This document shows, one piece after another, positions 37,360 to 39,869 of a DNA stretch of 39,869 nucleotides. Source of the DNA: an uncultured Candidatus Saccharibacteria bacterium (GTDB taxonomy: Bacteria > Patescibacteriota > Minisyncoccia > Phycocordibacterales > UBA9973); contig CAYZIU010000001.1 in the NCBI GenBank assembly GCA_964478575.1, positions 1 through 39,869 on the forward strand, written 5' to 3'. Under the pieces are notes generated by a model, which ran no database searches, had not been told where the DNA came from, and saw only the letters and a program-made list of their open reading frames with translations. The stretch's first letter is position 1. Each line of letters begins with the position of its first letter. The translations under genes were made by a program, and so were the position numbers.

Positions 37360-38097
37360 ATGGATCTAAATATTAGAATGTTTATGAACAAGACATTAAT
37401 TGATGTCTTTGAAAAATTAAAAAAAACCAAGTACAAAGATCTCTATCAAATCAATCCAAAAGTAGGAACGATGGAGGAGATAACACAAACGTTTAAAGAG
37501 TTAGGTCTCCGAATGAGCGCTCTGGCCTTCATATTTTTTTGTAAAAAGGTTCTTATACCTGTTTCGGGAAAAATGGCTAAAGTTCCGCAAGATAGATTGC
37601 TCACAAATCCTGATGGGGCAATGGTTGTGCTTGTCTTAGGGGCCTTTTCTCCAGTCCTTAAAGACATAATGTCTGGGAAAATAGCATCTTTTGATATAGA
37701 AAAGATGAAAATTTTCAGATCTGTACTGAAAGAAGATTTGCCGTTGATTAGGGAAGAACTTCAAAAGGATATTGAAGTCCATCAAAAAACTTTCGATGTT
37801 TGGATAGACTGGCTTATTAATCATTACGAAGAGGAAAAGAGCTCTGATGAAAAACTTTTTGAAGTTGTTTCAAAATTTGCAACTTCACTTAAGGAGCATA
37901 AATCTATTAAAGAACTAGAAGAAGCTGGAAAGCCCTTGTTGGATTTATATAATACAAAGGAAGGGAACGAAGCTGTTTGGCGAACTCAGCGAGTAAAACA
38001 TGGTTTCCCTGGCAAAACAGAAGAGTTGTACTTTTCAATAGTTAATATACTGATATTGTCAGATGTCGTTTACTCATCTGGTTATACTATGGAATAG
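37360..38097 (+). CDS. Hypothetical protein (orphan)
   Basis: 245 aa from ATG 37360. The GTG 37342 used by the ORF track lies inside the -10 box of a TTGACA-N16-TGaTATAGT promoter, so it is rejected. Confidence 0.45.
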   Translation: MDLNIRMFMNKTLIDVFEKLKKTKYKDLYQINPKVGTMEEITQTFKELGLRMSALAFIFFCKKVLIPVSGKMAKVPQDRLLTNPDGAMVVLVLGAFSPVLKDIMSGKIASFDIEKMKIFRSVLKEDLPLIREELQKDIEVHQKTFDVWIDWLINHYEEEKSSDEKLFEVVSKFATSLKEHKSIKELEEAGKPLLDLYNTKEGNEAVWRTQRVKHGFPGKTEELYFSIVNILILSDVVYSSGYTME

Positions 38098-38121
38098 AGC
38101 CTGTTAATTCAGGTTTTTTTA
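38098..38121 (+). terminator. Short terminator after gene 37360
   Basis: CCTG-ttaatt-CAGG followed by TTTTTTT. Confidence 0.45.
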
Positions 38122-38146
38122 TTTTTCAAATACCTTGTTCGCTAAT

Positions 38147-38175
38147 TTGTCAAAATCCAAATTTTCTTGTATTAT
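38147..38175 (+). promoter_or_regulatory. Promoter TTGTCA-N17-TATTAT for gene 38195
   Basis: -35 at 38147-38152 and -10 at 38170-38175. Confidence 0.5.
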
Positions 38176-38194
38176 TCTAGAAAATTACATTGTT

Positions 38195-38575
38195 ATGGGA
38201 ATAGGTATATTAAGAGGGTCTTTAAAATATGCAATGAAAGGATCCGAAAAGAGATTTCTAACTTTATGGTTCGCATTTTTCTTTTTTTGTATGATGATTA
38301 CAGGAAAAGATAATATTGGAATCATTACTTTTGTTATAGCTTTGGTTGTTGGATTTTTAGTTGCTTACGTTTTTCATGAGAGAAAAAAGAAAGAAATGAA
38401 AATGGAGGTTGCGGGCTATGCAAGATTACTAATATCATCCGATAAAATTTCTGAAGAGGAAAAATCTGGGTGGGAATATGTAATAGGAGAGGAAGCAGTG
38501 AAATATTTGGAAGAAAACAAGCTTGAGTTGTCTCAAAGAGAAATCGACCATTTTTTAACCTGGGCACCAGGTTAG
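38195..38575 (+). CDS. Hypothetical small membrane protein
   Basis: 126 aa from ATG 38195. Two TM helices (FLTLWFAFFFFCMMI; IITFVIALVVGFLVAYVF). Promoter TTGTCA-N17-TATTAT lies upstream and a terminator downstream. Confidence 0.45.
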   Translation: MGIGILRGSLKYAMKGSEKRFLTLWFAFFFFCMMITGKDNIGIITFVIALVVGFLVAYVFHERKKKEMKMEVAGYARLLISSDKISEEEKSGWEYVIGEEAVKYLEENKLELSQREIDHFLTWAPG

Positions 38576-38598
38576 CCGGAATTTATCCGGTTTTTTTA
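38575..38598 (+). terminator. Rho-independent terminator after gene 38195
   Basis: CCGGA-attta-TCCGG followed by TTTTTTT. Confidence 0.6.
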
Positions 38599-38616
38599 TT
38601 TTCTTAAAAACTCCCG

Positions 38617-38706
38617 CCCTGCATATTTAAAAGACTTGCGAGTTCGACGGAACGAGCACGAGGAATTTTGTAACAACAAAATATCCGTACTTTTAAATAT
38701 GCAGGG
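38617..38706. repeat. 90-nt rod-like inverted repeat / candidate structured small RNA upstream of rpoB
   Basis: Perfect 17-bp outer stem CCCTGCATATTTAAAAG/CTTTTAAATATGCAGGG. Inner stems are ACGGA/TCCGT and ATTTTGT/ACAAAAT with an AACA loop. Confidence 0.6.
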
Positions 38707-38755
38707 CTAAAACCGTGGTTTTAATTAAAATCTCGTTTTCCCCAAAAGGTAGGTC

Positions 38756-38784
38756 TTGACTTACCCCCATTTATAGTCTAGGAT
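38756..38784 (+). promoter_or_regulatory. Possible rpoB promoter TTGACT-N17-TAGGAT
   Basis: Good -35 but a weak -10. It would give a ~135-nt structured leader. Confidence 0.3.
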
Positions 38785-38923
38785 AAAGGTCGGTTTGGCT
38801 GATTGAGTTTTGCCCATTTCAAACCCCTTTATTATCAATAAAAAAGAGGGTTTTGCATACTATCGAGTGCGAATAATAAAATAACCTATCTTGAACGGGA
38901 TCTCCCGCGTTTTTGCGTTTTAT

Positions 38924-39869
38924 ATGTCTCCACAAAAAACAACAACAGTCCGCGAGCAAAAACACTTCTCTAAATATAGAGAACCTTTTGTCTCATTCCC
39001 AAGTCTTATCGAGACTCAGCTTAATTCATTTAAAGCTTTGCTCGAAAAAGGAATCGTTGAAGTGATGAAAGAATTCACTCCGATTACAGATTATTCAGGT
39101 AAAAAGTTTGAACTTCATTTTTTGTCTTTCTCAGTTGGAGAACCAAAATGTTCAGAACTTGATGCCAAGGCAAACAAAGTTAACTACGAAGCTCCAATAA
39201 AAGCTCGAGTTAAACTTATTTCAAAACTAGGCGGTGCAACAAAAGAACAAGAAATTTTCATGGCGGATATTCCAATAATGACAGGCCACGGAACTTTTGT
39301 TATCAACGGAGTAGAACGAGTTATCGTTCCTCAGCTTGCTCGATCAGCCGGAGTATTTTTTACAGAAAATGAACTAAAGGGAAAGAGACTCTTTGGGGCA
39401 AAAATCATACCTTCACGAGGAGTTTGGATTGAAATGGAAACCGATACAGACGGTATTCTATATGTCCGAATCGACAAGAAGAGAAAATTCCCAATCACAT
39501 CACTTCTACGAGTTCTAGGAATTACTGATGCAGAAATGTTGAAGTTGTTCACAAAAGAACATGAACAAAAATCTATTGCTTTAGCTCTTGCGAAAGATAG
39601 CGCGAAGACAGTAATGGAATCTTACGTAGAAGTCTACAAGCGATTGCGAGATGGAGACCTTGCAACTGCTGACAATGCAAAAGAATTTATAGATGGAACA
39701 GTATTTGGTCCTGACAGATATGACATTTCTTCTGTTGGACGATTCAGAATTAACCAACAATTCGGTGGAGGAACAGACGAAAAGGATCTAAAAGTTAGAA
39801 CTCTAACAAAAGAAGATTTAGTTAACATTGTTAAATATGTTTTTGAACTAAACATTACTCCAGGAGCAA
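38924..39869 (+). CDS. rpoB: DNA-directed RNA polymerase beta subunit, N-terminal part (runs off window end)
   Basis: My hand translation is open to the window end: 'MSPQKTTTVREQKHF..IPIMTGHGTFVINGVERVIVPQLARSAGVFF..', matching the conserved RpoB N-terminal block (GtFiiNG.ERVivsQl.RSpGv.F). It is absent from the ORF track because no stop lies in the window. Confidence 0.9.
   Translation, partial: MSPQKTTTVREQKHFSKYREPFVSFPSLIETQLNSFKALLEKGIVEVMKEFTPITDYSGKKFELHFLSFSVGEPKCSELDAKANKVNYEAPIKARVKLISKLGGATKEQEIFMADIPIMTGHGTFVINGVERVIVPQLARSAGVFFTENELKGKRLFGAKIIPSRGVWIEMETDTDGILYVRIDKKRKFPITSLLRVLGITDAEMLKLFTKEHEQKSIALALAKDSAKTVMESYVEVYKRLRDGDLATADNAKEFIDGTVFGPDRYDISSVGRFRINQQFGGGTDEKDLKVRTLTKEDLVNIVKYVFELNITPGA

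Noticed and set aside
1-39869. Alternative genetic code (UGA=Trp code 4 or UGA=Gly code 25) as the explanation for rare TGA stops
   Set aside because: All conserved genes (dnaE, gyrB, thrS, rnr, smc, helicase, pheS and others) are uninterrupted under the standard code. This means there are no in-frame TGAs, so sense reassignment is not supported by this window.
1-39869. tRNA, rRNA, CRISPR arrays, transposase/integrase genes, prophage blocks
   Set aside because: I scanned intergenic regions longer than 70 nt on both strands. I found no cloverleaf or T-loop (GTTCGAAT-like) candidates, no regularly spaced direct repeats, and no recombinase-like ORFs. The tail-fibre-like gene has no phage structural neighbours.

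Overview
Low-GC, tightly packed bacterial chromosomal segment. The gene content (housekeeping information-processing genes, many small membrane or secreted orphans, domain-fused or domain-reduced core proteins) suggests a reduced-genome CPR/Patescibacteria-like organism; that assignment is inference only. I call 39 protein genes. They include: a type I R-M methylase plus specificity pair (hsdM open at the 5' window edge, no hsdR downstream); a small envelope/metal-looking cluster (DUF1761-like, NlpE-N-like, DoxX with a Cys-rich tail); a UvrD-type helicase fused to an Fe-S PD-(D/E)XK nuclease; an alkyltransferase-like (PWHR) protein; a tail-fibre-like surface protein with a C-terminal S74 chaperone domain; trhO; a stand-alone RNAP alpha-CTD-like protein; a single-chain PheRS; gyrB; thrS; dnaE; rnhB; rpmF; a NusB-Nudix fusion; rnc; a short hinge-less SMC-like ATPase; a clan GH-A-like glycosidase; a CapA-like protein; RNase R; rpsP; a KH protein; trmD; truB; and the 5' part of rpoB. 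I found no rRNA, tRNA, CRISPR array, transposase or prophage block. The main hunt results follow. (1) A recurrent promoter-to-start-codon geometry, with a -10 box ending 6-9 nt before the start and no SD, implies widespread leaderless mRNAs. (2) Stop-codon usage is strongly skewed: TAA 25, TAG 12, TGA 1. (3) Three core proteins have unusual architecture: mitochondrial-type monomeric PheRS, NusB-Nudix, and hinge-less SMC. (4) Three long perfect inverted repeats lie in intergenic DNA: a 46-nt palindrome, a 135-bp MITE-like element before rpmF, and a three-tier rod hairpin before rpoB. (5) Two tandem small membrane-protein cassettes share a duplicated promoter and 5' region. No single obvious novel multi-gene system stands out. 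All functional calls come from motif recognition by eye and need database confirmation.
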